A DNA stretch of 64,000 nt from Antedon mediterranea. Lineage: Eukaryota > Animalia > Echinodermata. Positions within the stretch are counted from its first letter, which is position 1; each line of letters starts with the position of its first letter. Below the pieces are notes generated by a model that saw nothing but the letters and a program-made list of their open reading frames with translations, ran no database searches and was not told the origin of the DNA. Made by a program: the position numbers and the translations under genes. The DNA lies in assembly GCF_964355755.1 (NCBI RefSeq), contig NC_092677.1, positions 15,212,101 through 15,276,100 of the forward strand. The letters run 5' to 3'. Shown piece after piece: positions 31,801-43,000 of this stretch.

Positions 31801-32603
31801 ATTAGGATATATTTCAGGACCCAGCAAAGTATACCCTTAATAGGGATTGCTTGTACTGTACTGTTAAAACATGTTTGTTAGTATCACAGGAAAGTGTCTT
31901 TCGAATAGCATTTCCTAAAGGAGGGTTCTAATATACCTCATTCTTTTTTGCATGTTGTAATATTTCTTCAAATGTTACCAACGAGTCATTGCAACGTTCA
32001 GGATCTTTATCTTTATACCCAATGTGACAATCTGTGGCTATGGAAAAGAAAACAGACATTTTTAATTGATTTATTTTTTTCAACTCGTTGATGATTTTTT
32101 TCTCATCTATTCTCTTGTTTATAAATAGAACCCAGGCATAGTGTCTGATCATTTCGACCGCCGGTTATAGAACACCAAAAATCATGAAACGCCAAAAAAT
32201 ACAAAATATGTATTGTTAATTTCGGCCGTCTGAATCGTCAATATTGTTAATAACGTAGGCCTATGGCACGCCTTAATTGTCAAAAAGGATGTATACGTGT
32301 GCCTATCATGATTTTGGGTGTTCCATAACCGGCGGCCGAAATGACTGGCGGCCGATATGCATTGTGACCGGCATAACAGCTCAATCTTGTTGGGTTTAAC
32401 TGAACAAAATTTCTTACCTACAAGCAACTTGAAAGTGTTTTCGCTATCATCATCACTGAAAAAGGAAATAGAAAATTAGCATTGGTTTTGGTTTCTTATG
32501 GGGGGTTCGGTTGGTAAAATATTCTTTGGTTGGTACAAGTGGGTTGAATGAAAAAAACATAAACATAAACATACCCATTTGCCGAGTCTTGATTGTTCGA
32601 CAT
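25787..32603 (-). CDS. MRE11: Double-strand break repair nuclease MRE11, complete, 19 coding exons, 660 aa
   Basis: Exons (high->low): 32575-32603, 32418-32455, 31937-32037, 31436-31596, 31013-31100, 30639-30780, 30278-30392, 29960-30145, 29435-29594, 29168-29248, 28884-29010, 28650-28753, 28174-28341, 27751-27816, 27282-27537, 26799-26848, 26664-26704, 26352-26370, 25787-25837; total 1983 nt, in frame. Phosphoesterase motifs [49 protein letters not shown], and a GAR (RGG) motif are present. Confidence 0.96.
26352..26370 (-). CDS. MRE11: MRE11 19-nt microexon (AISDSE)
   Basis: ttttag|..GAG|gtaagt, phase 2->0, restores the frame. Confidence 0.62.
26466..26608 (+). mobile_element. Penelope-like element terminal remnant with minimal hammerhead ribozyme core
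   Basis: CTGATGA-A-GAGC-tagtgtt-GCTC-GAAA-GCTC at 26466-26496, then a T-rich pLTR-like tail. Confidence 0.62.
26664..26704 (-). CDS. MRE11: MRE11 small exon ([13 protein letters not shown])
   Basis: ttctag|..GG|gtaaga, phase 0->2. Confidence 0.65.
26799..26848 (-). CDS. MRE11: MRE11 exon ([17 protein letters not shown])
   Basis: aacag|..GAG|gtatga, phase 1->0. Confidence 0.75.
27282..27537 (-). CDS. MRE11: MRE11 exon with GAR motif
   Basis: [24 protein letters not shown]. Confidence 0.9.
27751..27816 (-). CDS. MRE11: MRE11 exon ([10 protein letters not shown]..)
   Basis: 66 nt, tcttag|..|gtaagc. Confidence 0.8.
28174..28341 (-). CDS. MRE11: MRE11 exon (RAD50-binding region, [16 protein letters not shown])
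   Basis: 168 nt. Confidence 0.92.
28650..28753 (-). CDS. MRE11: MRE11 exon ([10 protein letters not shown])
   Basis: 104 nt. Confidence 0.92.
28884..29010 (-). CDS. MRE11: MRE11 exon ([15 protein letters not shown])
   Basis: 127 nt. Confidence 0.93.
29168..29248 (-). CDS. MRE11: MRE11 exon ([12 protein letters not shown])
   Basis: 81 nt. Confidence 0.92.
29435..29594 (-). CDS. MRE11: MRE11 exon (capping domain, LETVRQF)
   Basis: 160 nt. Confidence 0.9.
29960..30145 (-). CDS. MRE11: MRE11 exon ([22 protein letters not shown])
   Basis: 186 nt. Confidence 0.95.
30278..30392 (-). CDS. MRE11: MRE11 exon ([17 protein letters not shown])
   Basis: 115 nt. Confidence 0.93.
30639..30780 (-). CDS. 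MRE11: MRE11 exon (CALDILS..ALYGL)
   Basis: 142 nt. Confidence 0.93.
31013..31100 (-). CDS. MRE11: MRE11 exon (HGNHDD, motif III)
   Basis: 88 nt, ttttag|..|gtaagt. Confidence 0.95.
31436..31596 (-). CDS. MRE11: MRE11 exon ([11 protein letters not shown], motif II)
   Basis: 161 nt, aaag|..AA|gtgcgt. Confidence 0.93.
31937..32037 (-). CDS. MRE11: MRE11 exon (ATDCHIG, motif I)
   Basis: catag|..GAG|gtatat. Confidence 0.93.
32150..32343. mobile_element. MITE/foldback with 38-bp inverted repeats inside an MRE11 intron
   Basis: catttcgaccgccggttatagaacaccaaaaatcatga versus its inverted copy at ~32306-32343 (3 mismatches). Confidence 0.7.
32418..32455 (-). CDS. MRE11: MRE11 exon ([12 protein letters not shown])
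   Basis: ttcag|..G|gtaaga; matches the ENTFKILV motif. Confidence 0.88.
32575..32603 (-). CDS. MRE11: MRE11 coding exon 1 (MSNNQDSAN)
   Basis: ATG at 32603, GG|gtatgt donor; upstream acceptor at 32708-32709 implies a non-coding first exon. Confidence 0.72.
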
Positions 32604-33258
32604 TTCAAATCATTTAATACTAAACAATCAATGATGAATGATGTTTAGTTCATAAACAATCAATTTTTATTCTTCTGACCAGCTGTTCACTTCATTCAGA
32701 TGCGTTTCTAAAGTAAATAAAGATTGCACAAGACGCATGCCTATTAGCCTAGTAGGTATCGTAAATATCTATATAATAGATTACATAATAACTTTAAAGC
32801 CTTCCCACTAGTAGTAGGAGCTGTGAGCTCCTGTCATTCAGCAGTTGAGTTAGTTGGAATAATTAATAAATTTTTTTATTTTAAATTTGCGTCGAGATAC
32901 AATGTTATTTTCAATATATAGCATAGCCTAGCCTCCGGATCCTGCAAATGCTGAGCTCCGGAAACAAGTAAGTAAGTCTAGGCCTACCCTAGTAGTAGTA
33001 ATTAAGCCTAGGCCTAGCCTAGGCCCTAGTTAGGCCTAGCCTAGACTAGCTAGCTAGTTTTTCTGGCCGTTTTTCTTTGTTCTAGGCTATGATCGACAAC
33101 ATGACAATATTTGATTTACACCACTAATACAGTAATGAATGCTAAGGTTTGTATTGTCTTGCTTTTCGATGTTTAGTAATACATTGGCTTATTTAGAGGA
33201 ACTTATAAAATGTAAACACGCCGATCATGACATGTGTTTTGTGTGGTGTGTATGTGAA

Positions 33259-33270
33259 TTTCCGCGAAAA
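33259..33270. promoter_or_regulatory. E2F-like site in the putative MRE11/DIXDC1 divergent promoter region
   Basis: TTTCCGCGAAAA (TTTTCGCGGAAA on minus) ~650 bp upstream of the MRE11 ATG; DNA-repair genes are typical E2F targets. Confidence 0.45.
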
Positions 33271-33890
33271 ACCGCCCTCATCGTTTGATAAATTCCGAAC
33301 TTTTTGATAAAAAAAAGAGCAATCCAAAATAAGTATTTTTGATCTTTGGCCTATCTGTTTTTTCTATCAACTTTTAAGATTTAACATTCCACATTAATAT
33401 TCATAAACATCTCCTTTTAGGGCAGAATATAAATGCTAGGTGAACAGTATACTGAGAATATGCATATTATTATTAAAATGTTATGATTATTTTTTTAGAC
33501 ATCAAAAAGGGAATTTTTACTTACCCTATTGAGTCTAATTCGGTTTCTTCTAACCGCTCTCATCCCAATTTCAATTTGTATGGAAGGAAGATTAGAATAC
33601 TTTTTTGATATGTATAAATGTGTATGCCTACAAGCTATATTACTCGGTATTATTTTGAGCCTGTAAATGACATTATTCCTTGTTAAGTATCTGTGTCTTA
33701 CAAGTATGCTAAACATGATTACTTTACAAAGCAAGGACTTATTACTACTAAGTAGCCATTTAGTAACAACAATTTAATATCTTTGTCAATCGATACAGAT
33801 TATGTAAACAATAACTACAACTCGTCGTTAAACATTGCCAACGGCGACCGGACCCGTAGAAGGACGAATGTTATGAAAGATCCAGTTCCA

Positions 33891-33900
33891 GTGACGTCAC
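33891..33900. promoter_or_regulatory. Full palindromic CRE (GTGACGTCAC)
   Basis: Exact CREB/ATF consensus in a CpG-enriched patch between divergent genes. Confidence 0.45.
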
Positions 33901-36614
33901 AGAAATGAAATCTATACTCTTTTCAGTTAATGGATTAAGCTACTGTTTCTTATTTGAATACGTTTTCGAATCATTCGAATTCATTATACTTCTTTTTTTA
34001 ATACAGAATCTAAGGCTTGATTTTGTTCGTAGCACTGTACAGGAGGCAAACACTGCAACCCCGTACATCTAGACCTACTCATTATCTTTAACTGAAACAG
34101 AAGTATGGCGCATACTTATGATTTAATACGGTATTTGTGGGGTAATTGAGACAAAAAGATGTTTGATATATAACTTTAATTTTAAGGTATGTAGGCTTAC
34201 ATTTTCGATTTGATCCATTTTGCCATGACTTTTTCAGGAGTGTTCTGTTAAGAAAACTTCATATGCACTGTCTACACTGTCAAACTAGTTTGACAAAAAA
34301 AAAGCTTGATGTGTCCAAATATGGTAGTGATATGATGTCATCGTTTCCATATATGGATGGGTACATCACATGAGTTCGTAAAAAGAACTGTGCGTGTTAC
34401 ATCTCTGGTCTACTGCGCTCGCTTTTTGAGACGGTGCATTATAAGAACACAATATCCATTGCATTTTTGCAAATTCTGAAAATCATTTCGTTCAAGCGTT
34501 GTTTCTTGTTATCTCTAATCTTCTTGGTTAATCAAGCATTGGCTGACGTAACACATGAAACAGAGATGGTGGTCTGAATAGCAGAAATAGAAAAGTAAGA
34601 TATAGGCATCTTACTATTAGTCGCTATGCCCACTCAGATACTTCAATACCAGTTTATGTTCTAGTTAAATACTTAGCTTAATGTATTCCTTACTCTATTT
34701 GTGATGCAGGTGTAATGTGCCAGTCTATGAATGTTGATTTCTGATAACGTTAATTGTTTGAATGATTAACGCCGCGGTTTCTGACTGTCATGTGCACTTG
34801 AGAAGATGAGAATGTTTAAAGATGTATTGTCCCTCTAAAAAAATAATTATTTGACCAAAAATTGGATCGAAAAAAAATGTATTTACCTACAAAATTGTAA
34901 TTTAAGGCAAAAAATAGTCAAATTGGCTGCCCAATGCATTTTTGATTGAATTTAACCATATTTTGTCATTTTATAAATGAAATTTTTTTCCGGTTTGTTT
35001 TCCTTCGGAAGTGATTTAACTTTATTAGAACTACAAAGTAGTCTAATTCAAAGTTTGATTTTATTAATCTTTATTTTTCATATTTTTGAAATAGCGCAGT
35101 TTAAGATTCGATCATAATAGCTGTATTGAAACAAATCCAAACGAGCTTGACCATCAACTGACACTACGATGTTATTGCTGGGCAACAGTACACACCAGGC
35201 ATGCATGTAACTACATGGATGATGGGGTTAATGTTTTATAATACGATTCATCGTGATGCTCTTTACATTGCCGTCTGGTTGCTGTCATGTGGACTTTTGA
35301 TGACAGATATAGATTGGTAAAACATGAAAATATGCAACTATAGTGGTTGAGTTTAATGCCAGCTCACGCCGGCATCTCTTGATTTCCCTTCCACATTTTT
35401 TAATAATATAGAATTTGGTTAAAATTGAATCGGATGCCAATTCACTGAATATGTTAAAATAAAATATTATAAAACTGAAACTAAATAACGATAGGCAAGC
35501 CATAATTCAACGTTTCGGATCTTTATTTGATCCATCTAATCATCATCGGATGCCTTTAGAAAAGACCGAGAATATACAAATTCGAAATAGTGAAGTTTCA
35601 ACACAGGCGCTACTCATACTCATTTTATGTTCTGCTCTGCTCGGTTCCTGGATTCAAATCCAGATTGTTTTCTTCATGAACAAAATCCAACTGCGGTGTG
35701 AACCGATCACACATAGCATATATCACACAGTTGTATCGTATGATAGAATTGGCTGACAAACATTATACGGTTCGAATCGTGTCTGTGTATATTGTTGGCC
35801 GTTGAGTTTTGTTTAATTATCGTTTGATTGAATCAATAGAATTAACAATTCGCGCAGCCTTCTCTAGGGTCTGCCTCGCATTCACTTCTATTAGACAAAT
35901 AATTATCGATCTGTCCATTCATCAACCCATTTAGTTTTCAGTCTTAGCGTCTTAATTGTTCACAACCTTTTGTTTTGTTGAAGTAGGTTGACACAGTTCG
36001 TTTCATCCGCAACAACATAACTCGGGTAGGATATGTAGGCCATTGTATGCATTTAGCTTAGGAACATTAATATACATCTTTGATTTACGAGGATATTATT
36101 TTATAGCGGATACTAAACCGATGTCAAATACTTTAAACAGGTAGGTGCTTATATTTTATCAATGTCGTATAAAGTAAATGTTTCTTGGTTAATAATCAAC
36201 AAAACTCCGTAACTAGGATGAATGCAAAATGTGGGGGGGGGGGGGGGGGTTCTTAGTTAGCCTACCCGTACTGAAGTGACGAATACAGAAAGTATTATTT
36301 TGAGATCATTCATAGCATTGATGATGGCAACCACTTCCAATAATGGTAGTCTATTAAATATGAGGTGTTTTTGAACTTAACAGACCTACTGAATCTATGT
36401 ATCTTATAATATTTACATTGAGTTAGTTTTCATTATTGGAGCTATTATATTATCCATAACTATCGATACGTATTGATAACTGTAGTAAACTACCGTACAA
36501 TCCATTATTTTACTATTTTCAGTCATTATATTTTTACTATAAACGTATTCGAGATTTTATTAAATTAATTATGATTTTTCGGTTGAAATAATATTTTGGA
36601 TTATACAGTATTAT

Positions 36615-37220
36615 TATTACCTCCGCCAAGGAGGTTATGTTTTCACCCCTGTATGTTTGTGTGTGTGTTTGTGTGTTTGTGTGTTTGTGTGTGTGTCTGT
36701 GAACAGCCTGGAGGCCACAGTTTTTATCTGATTCTAACCAAATTTGGACACAATGATCTATGCCCAAAAAGCTCGGACGAGTTCGAATTTGAGGGGGAAA
36801 GGTCATAGGTCAAGGTCACAACTAACAAAAAACTATTTTACTGCCTAGAGACCACAGTTTTGATCCGATTCTCACCAAACTTAGCCACAATGATCAATGA
36901 CACATCATATAATTGTGGTTAAATTTTGAAGGGTCAGGGTCAAAGATCAATGTCCACAAAAAAAGAATAAATAAAAAATAAAAAAATAGTAAAAAAAAAA
37001 AAAACCCTCAGTGGGACTTGAACCAGCGATCTCAAACTGTGAGAGGCTGGATACATAACCATTACACCACACTGTCATCCACAACTTTGTAGTGTGCAGT
37101 TAACATATTTACACTTAGAACTAATAAAAAAAAATGTAAAAAAAAAATATTCAGGGGGCATTTTATGTTGGGGAATTTTACAGTAGGCGGAGGTTTGTAC
37201 TCTCGGAGTACCCTCTAGTT
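36615..37220 (+). mobile_element. Helentron-type non-autonomous element (HINE/DINE-1-like)
   Basis: Subterminal inverted repeats ACCTCCGCC (36619-36627) / GGCGGAGGT (37186-37194), 3' hairpin GTACTC..GAGTAC then CTAGTT, (TG)n microsatellite, two ~135-bp core repeats. Confidence 0.78.
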
Positions 37221-39661
37221 CTAATTATTTTACCACGAATATTACTCAGGATGTAGATGATAATTCAATTTCAAACGTATACAATGAATCCATTATTTAT
37301 GTTTTATTATAACCTCCGCACGAACAACGCAACGTGGTGCAGGTACTCCAAAATTTACTACTTTTAGTCTAACAATAGAAAAGGTGTAAACCCGAGCGAA
37401 TATCTAGGTTAATGCTCCTTAAGTTGTTGTTATTGATATCGTGAATCATCAGAGTCTGGCTTGATTTATTTACTTAAAGAACACTTTGGTCTTATTGAAA
37501 TGTAATTTCACAACCGACTTAATGAATGTACAATTACGTGCATCATTTAGGCCTACAGAGACACTTCTTACAGTAATTTAAAGTTAGCAGGACAAATTAG
37601 AATAGGCCTACTATCAAAGCATTAATTATTTGGTTTGTAAACTTGTCATCATTGCATAACATACAGTACCGTACTATTTGGCGTCTCTGCTCAATAAAAC
37701 TAAGATATATTTGTAATACTGTAGTTTTAATAGCAATGATTACTGTTACAGCGATATGTCTATTTAAAACTATGACTTTCCAAATAAATTACAGTTTGGC
37801 GCGCCATATGTATGACCAAATAGGCCTATAAAAATAATGATACAATGATTGTATGACGTAGTTGAGACATAAACACATTCAGTCATTGACAATGAGACGA
37901 ATTCGGTTTTTATATGACGAGTTTTAACCATTAAAAGATGCCGTAAAAAAATGTTTGCTCGTATAACTTCGAATGTTCCAATGTTCGGTTGCTTCACATG
38001 CGGCACATTTTTATAAATATGTCATCAATTATGATGCCAAACCAACCAATCATAATATTTACTAACATGAATGGGCATTTTGATAGATTTACTATTATGT
38101 CAAAGTATGGTGTTGTAACATAAACACTCTTGTATTGGTTGGAACGCATAAACAGCCAAATTTAATGACAAACTGTTTTCGAGCAAGAAGCCTACTACGG
38201 TCTATTCACTTTACCAAATTTGTATTTCGGAGTTGCTCTAGTTTTGTCTTATAGCAAATGCCGGTACGCGGTTTTCTGTTACCGAAGTTCAGTTTGTCAA
38301 CTGGTCTATACGTTGCATGGAAAACGGACATGGACATTCATTAAAACTATTATCCGTTTTAAAAGAAGGTTTTTATCAAGAGCCTCTAGACTTGTTTAAA
38401 AAAAAACAATCAATAAGGATTTAAAAGTAGTAGCGCCTGTCGTAAAAATGTGTTAACTGCCACATGGAACCATTTTGGAATTTAAGTATAGAACTAAGAA
38501 TTGCTATAGGGCCCGTACGTGACTGGACTATTATTAAACCATAAAACCCCATGAGAGGTACACCCGTGCACGTGACGGTTGTCACTATATTGTTTGAAAA
38601 ATCCATGCTTGAATGGATTTTGAATTTAAAGAAGGGAACATGTACTGTAAACATCCTTGCTATTTAACGGATAACTCTAGTAAGTACTGTCGTTTCGGAT
38701 TTGGTCATTACATATAGGTAAGATAAGTTTAATTATTGAATTAAGCCTCTATATGAACTTAAGCAAAGTGTTCGAGTAAACCGGGAATGTCGTAGTGTGG
38801 CCACAAGACTTTGGTATTTGAAAATCATCGTAAGTTCGAGAAGTTATGTTTTCAATTATTAATGTACGACAGTGGTATGCGAGTCTACTATTAAAGCTAG
38901 ACTTTAAAAGAAGTTATGTAATATATGAACCATTTTAGACGTGGAGCGCAATCCTAGGCCCTCAGTTGTAGGTGGCTTGACCATCTCCGGATGAGAGAGC
39001 AATCGTTTACGTTTTAAATATGAATAGTGTTCTGATGAATTAGCCTACGATTTCTTGGAACACCAAGTGAATTCAAAATATGCCACCCATTTAATTTTTG
39101 TTTTCAATACCTGAGAAGTCCCACGACAGAACTTTTATATGTTCGACGATGATTCTCGCCCACCGTGTGGTACGGTGCAGTACATGCATGGAAGTTGACA
39201 TTGGAAAGACATTCTAAAATCTCTTTTAAAACCTTACTACTCAAACTAGATTGGTATTTGTAATAAATATTCGTTCTAAACTGATTCTGTGAAGATAACA
39301 TTAAAATATCTTTCACTTTAGTATATTAATAGATTTATTTCGATTCAATTTGAGGAAGTATTCAAAACAAATGGAACTTGTAAAATCAGGGAACAGTAAA
39401 TTTCATTCTTCATTGCATACTAATTATACATTCACCTAAAATGTGCTCAGCTGTTGCAATACACCATGGATATTGTTCTGTAATGTATATTTAAAATCTT
39501 TTTTACTATACAATTTTTTTGAGGATTGTTTTGGTCTAGGCCTATATCTAAAGACAAAGTGTATACTTCACCTATCTTCTTTGTGTGACGATCATGGATT
39601 TTGTTTAATATTATTTAATTCTCTCTACATTTTCAGGATTTCACTAGAAAAGTAGGTTTTT

Positions 39662-40027
39662 ATGTCTAAAATGGAAAGTTATAGACGTTCACCCGATGTG
39701 GTCGGTGTTCGCAGCGGTGGCGATGGGTTTCACTCTTCATCGGAACAACTTTCTTTAAACTCAACCTATCCGATGACATCGTTTCAAAAAAGTTTTACTC
39801 CTCCTCCGCCATCTCAAAGACTTGCCAATGGCAGAATAGTTTACCAGCACTCCGTTGATGGCACTTTAAATGGTAGTCCTACAAACTACATCAGGAATTA
39901 CGCCATGGAACGTATTGAAAGACATTCCACAAACGGAAATAATAATAATTACAGACGAAGCCACGAAGAATGGGATGTTGCTAAAACACCACAAACTAAG
40001 ACACAGAAAAACGAAGAACAACGCCAG
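39662..40027 (+). CDS. DIXDC1: DIXDC1 candidate first coding exon A (MSKMESYRRSP..EEQRQ)
   Basis: Acceptor tttcag| at 39636, 122 open codons, CAG|gtaaga phase 0 joins QQLQAY. Confidence 0.72.
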
Positions 40028-43000
40028 GTAAGATATATCCCTCTTGGCAGTCTTGCACTTTCAGAGTTTGAAAAGAAACTCAATCTGCTGATTTACAATT
40101 TATTTGAAAATTATTTCTAATGTGTATTTAAAATTATAAAACCAAAGATTCAAATAATGTGTAAAGAAAACTAGAAATAAATGAGTAAATTTTATGAAGA
40201 ATGAGGGCGACATTTGCACAACAACAACAAACAAACAAGAGCCGCCGACAAAAAATATTGTCCTGCTGCAAGTTTTTTACCGAGAAAGTGAACAAGATCT
40301 TCTACTATCAACTTATAAAACGTGTTTAATTGTAAGTTTTTTAGCCTAATTTCTATCAGAGTTCCTCTTATGTTGTGTTTGTTTTTTATTACTAAGAAAT
40401 GATTAGTTATCAGTCATAAACGCTAGGCTAGATAGCATTAATATTTTAGGCCTAGCTAGCTAGGCGGCGCTAGGCTGCCTGCTGGCCACACCGAGACAGG
40501 GCCCAGTCGAGGTTCTTTTACATGCTTAAATGGTCGATGTCAAAGCGTCATTTTCTGGGCAACAAGACGCTGCTGTTTTCGTCTATGGCATTCATTATTT
40601 ATTTGCCATAATAATAGGTCTAGATTCTTCTTTAATAATTATAATAAATGCATTGTTTATATAAATTATAATATTAATATAGCCTAGCAGGGAAAAATTT
40701 CATTTTAAAATTTTGTTTAGCAAAATTGCTAATCAAACTGATTTTTTAGTCGAGAAACATAGTTATGTATTGTATTTTTTGCTACACATTTTAGAAATGT
40801 GTAGCAAAAAATTTGTTTTGTATAGCTTTTTGCTATGGCCTATGCTACACTGGCGAAATTATTCCCTGCCTAGGAAGGAGGCCTACTAGGCCTAGTAGTA
40901 GTAGGGCATACATAGGGGCTGCCTACTAGTACTAGATAGGCTAGGCCTAGGCCCCTAGGCCTAATTATTTTTATAAATTCCAGCTAGGCTATAATCTGGG
41001 CATGCCATGCCATGGAGGTACCTCCATGCTCCAGGCCTAAAATAAAATAAAAATAAAATAGGCCTAGGCCCTAATCAGATTATTTTTTGGTAAGACAAAG
41101 AGTTTGCCGATAATTAGCAGACAGGTATGCTACAGGGTGTTCTAAAAATATCTATCTTTTTTTCTTGCAGAATTAGGACAATTTTCACCTGCTGCAGCCA
41201 TGAGCAATTTGTAACTGAGCAGAACATTATGTGCAATATACACAACACCTTGATATAGCTAAAGCCTTGAAACGTTCTATTACTTTACTAACTAAATCCT
41301 AATTAAAAGCATAAAATATACAACAAATAATAATTAAATGCTGCATGTATGACAATTTTTTTTTATCAAACAATTAAAATAAATAAAATTATAATATTAG
41401 AAACCAGTAATATAACATTAACAACTAAAGTTTTATAAACAATGTTCATTTTTACTGTAAGTACTTAAATTAACATGTGTATTTGCAATTAACAGCCAAA
41501 TATAAAGTAGGTCTACTGCAGTAATGTTATTTGTTAATTCCACACTCGGTTCTTAAATTGAATAAATAACTTTAAATGTGGAATTTTTAAATTTAAATAT
41601 GCCATATTGCATAATAATCAAATTCATAATAAAAATCCAAATTTAAAGAATACAAAATTTCCTAAGCATTAAATGTTGTGAATTGCTGCTACTACAAATA
41701 TCCTCACTCTGATCTTGGTAAAAGTTGAAAGACAAAAGTTGCATCTGGATCAAATTTCGTTCATCAATTAATTAATTTCGTTCTTCAAATATTGGATACT
41801 GTTTTGTTGGATATTTATAATGATGTCATCATTGTACTTTTTATAATGATACAACTTGTTAAAATTGAGTAACTATATGCCAGTTTGAAAAAGCCGTACA
41901 CAAGAAATATGAATACCAACGGTCATCGTAGCTCACCTGTGGCAGGAGCACGGTCAGTGAAGGGGGCATCGGCTCAATGGCAGGAATGGACAGTAAGTTG
42001 AATCTTGTTCTTAATATTGTTGAGTTATGTCTACACTATCAAAGTGTATGTGACAAAAAGGGTGATATGCCCAAATATGGTTGGGATATGCCAAATATGG
42101 TAGGGATATGCCAAATATGGTGGTAGTGATATGACATCGTTTTTTCACAAGTTTGATAGTGTAGACATATCAATTATCTACTTTATTATAATTATGTATG
42201 AGAATTGCAATCAACAGGAATAATAATGATATAAAAATTAAAGTAAGTTACAGTATACAGTAGTTTGAAAATTCATAATAGAATTAAACAAATGTGTTAT
42301 AATAATTTAATGTGTTTATTAATATTAATTATAGCTTTAATTTTCTGTAATCTTAAAAAAAAAACCAGAAAATAATACCACAAAATTAATACTGTATATT
42401 GCTATTGCTAACTCAGACTGTAATAATTTAGTAATTTCTGAGCCTACAATAAACTCTAGTGTACAGAATTACTGTATATGTTTAAGTCAGAGAATTTATA
42501 CATTACAGCACTGAGATGAGATATTTATTGAAGGTTGTAGCAATATGCAATCATTTATCATTAGGTTACAAATTGATGTGGACATTTCATTCTAGTGATA
42601 CTCCTGCTTTTCAAGCAGATTTAAACATCGTTTTGGAAATATTTTACATCCCAAGCGTAATCCCCAATGTTTGCCATTAAAACAGCTGTCTAAAGGTTAT
42701 TTATCAAATACTATATAAATGACCATTATTTCTATTCAAATGATTATTTACTTTTTATCTAATTAATACTGTACAACATTCTGTAATTCAATATGATTGA
42801 CAATAAAGCATAGACTGAACATTCAATAAAACATTGTGTATTTTGTTTTAATATTGTTGTTTTATTTTAAGTTACCAACAGTAACTTTAGAAATTTCCTT
42901 TGGGGGACTGTTTGCTGTGAAATGCCTGAGGAAATAATACTACTGTTTATGGGGCTCCCCTAGTAACAGGACACTGTGACCCAAAGTTTACCTTATTAGG

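Noticed and set aside
35505-35552. Minus-strand hammerhead-like GGATC..GATCC-GAAACGTT
   Set aside because: There is no intact CUGANGA box at the right spacing and no helix I.
36537-36808. ORFs 36537-36806 and 36596-36808
   Set aside because: They lie in the (TG)n-containing Helentron-type element.
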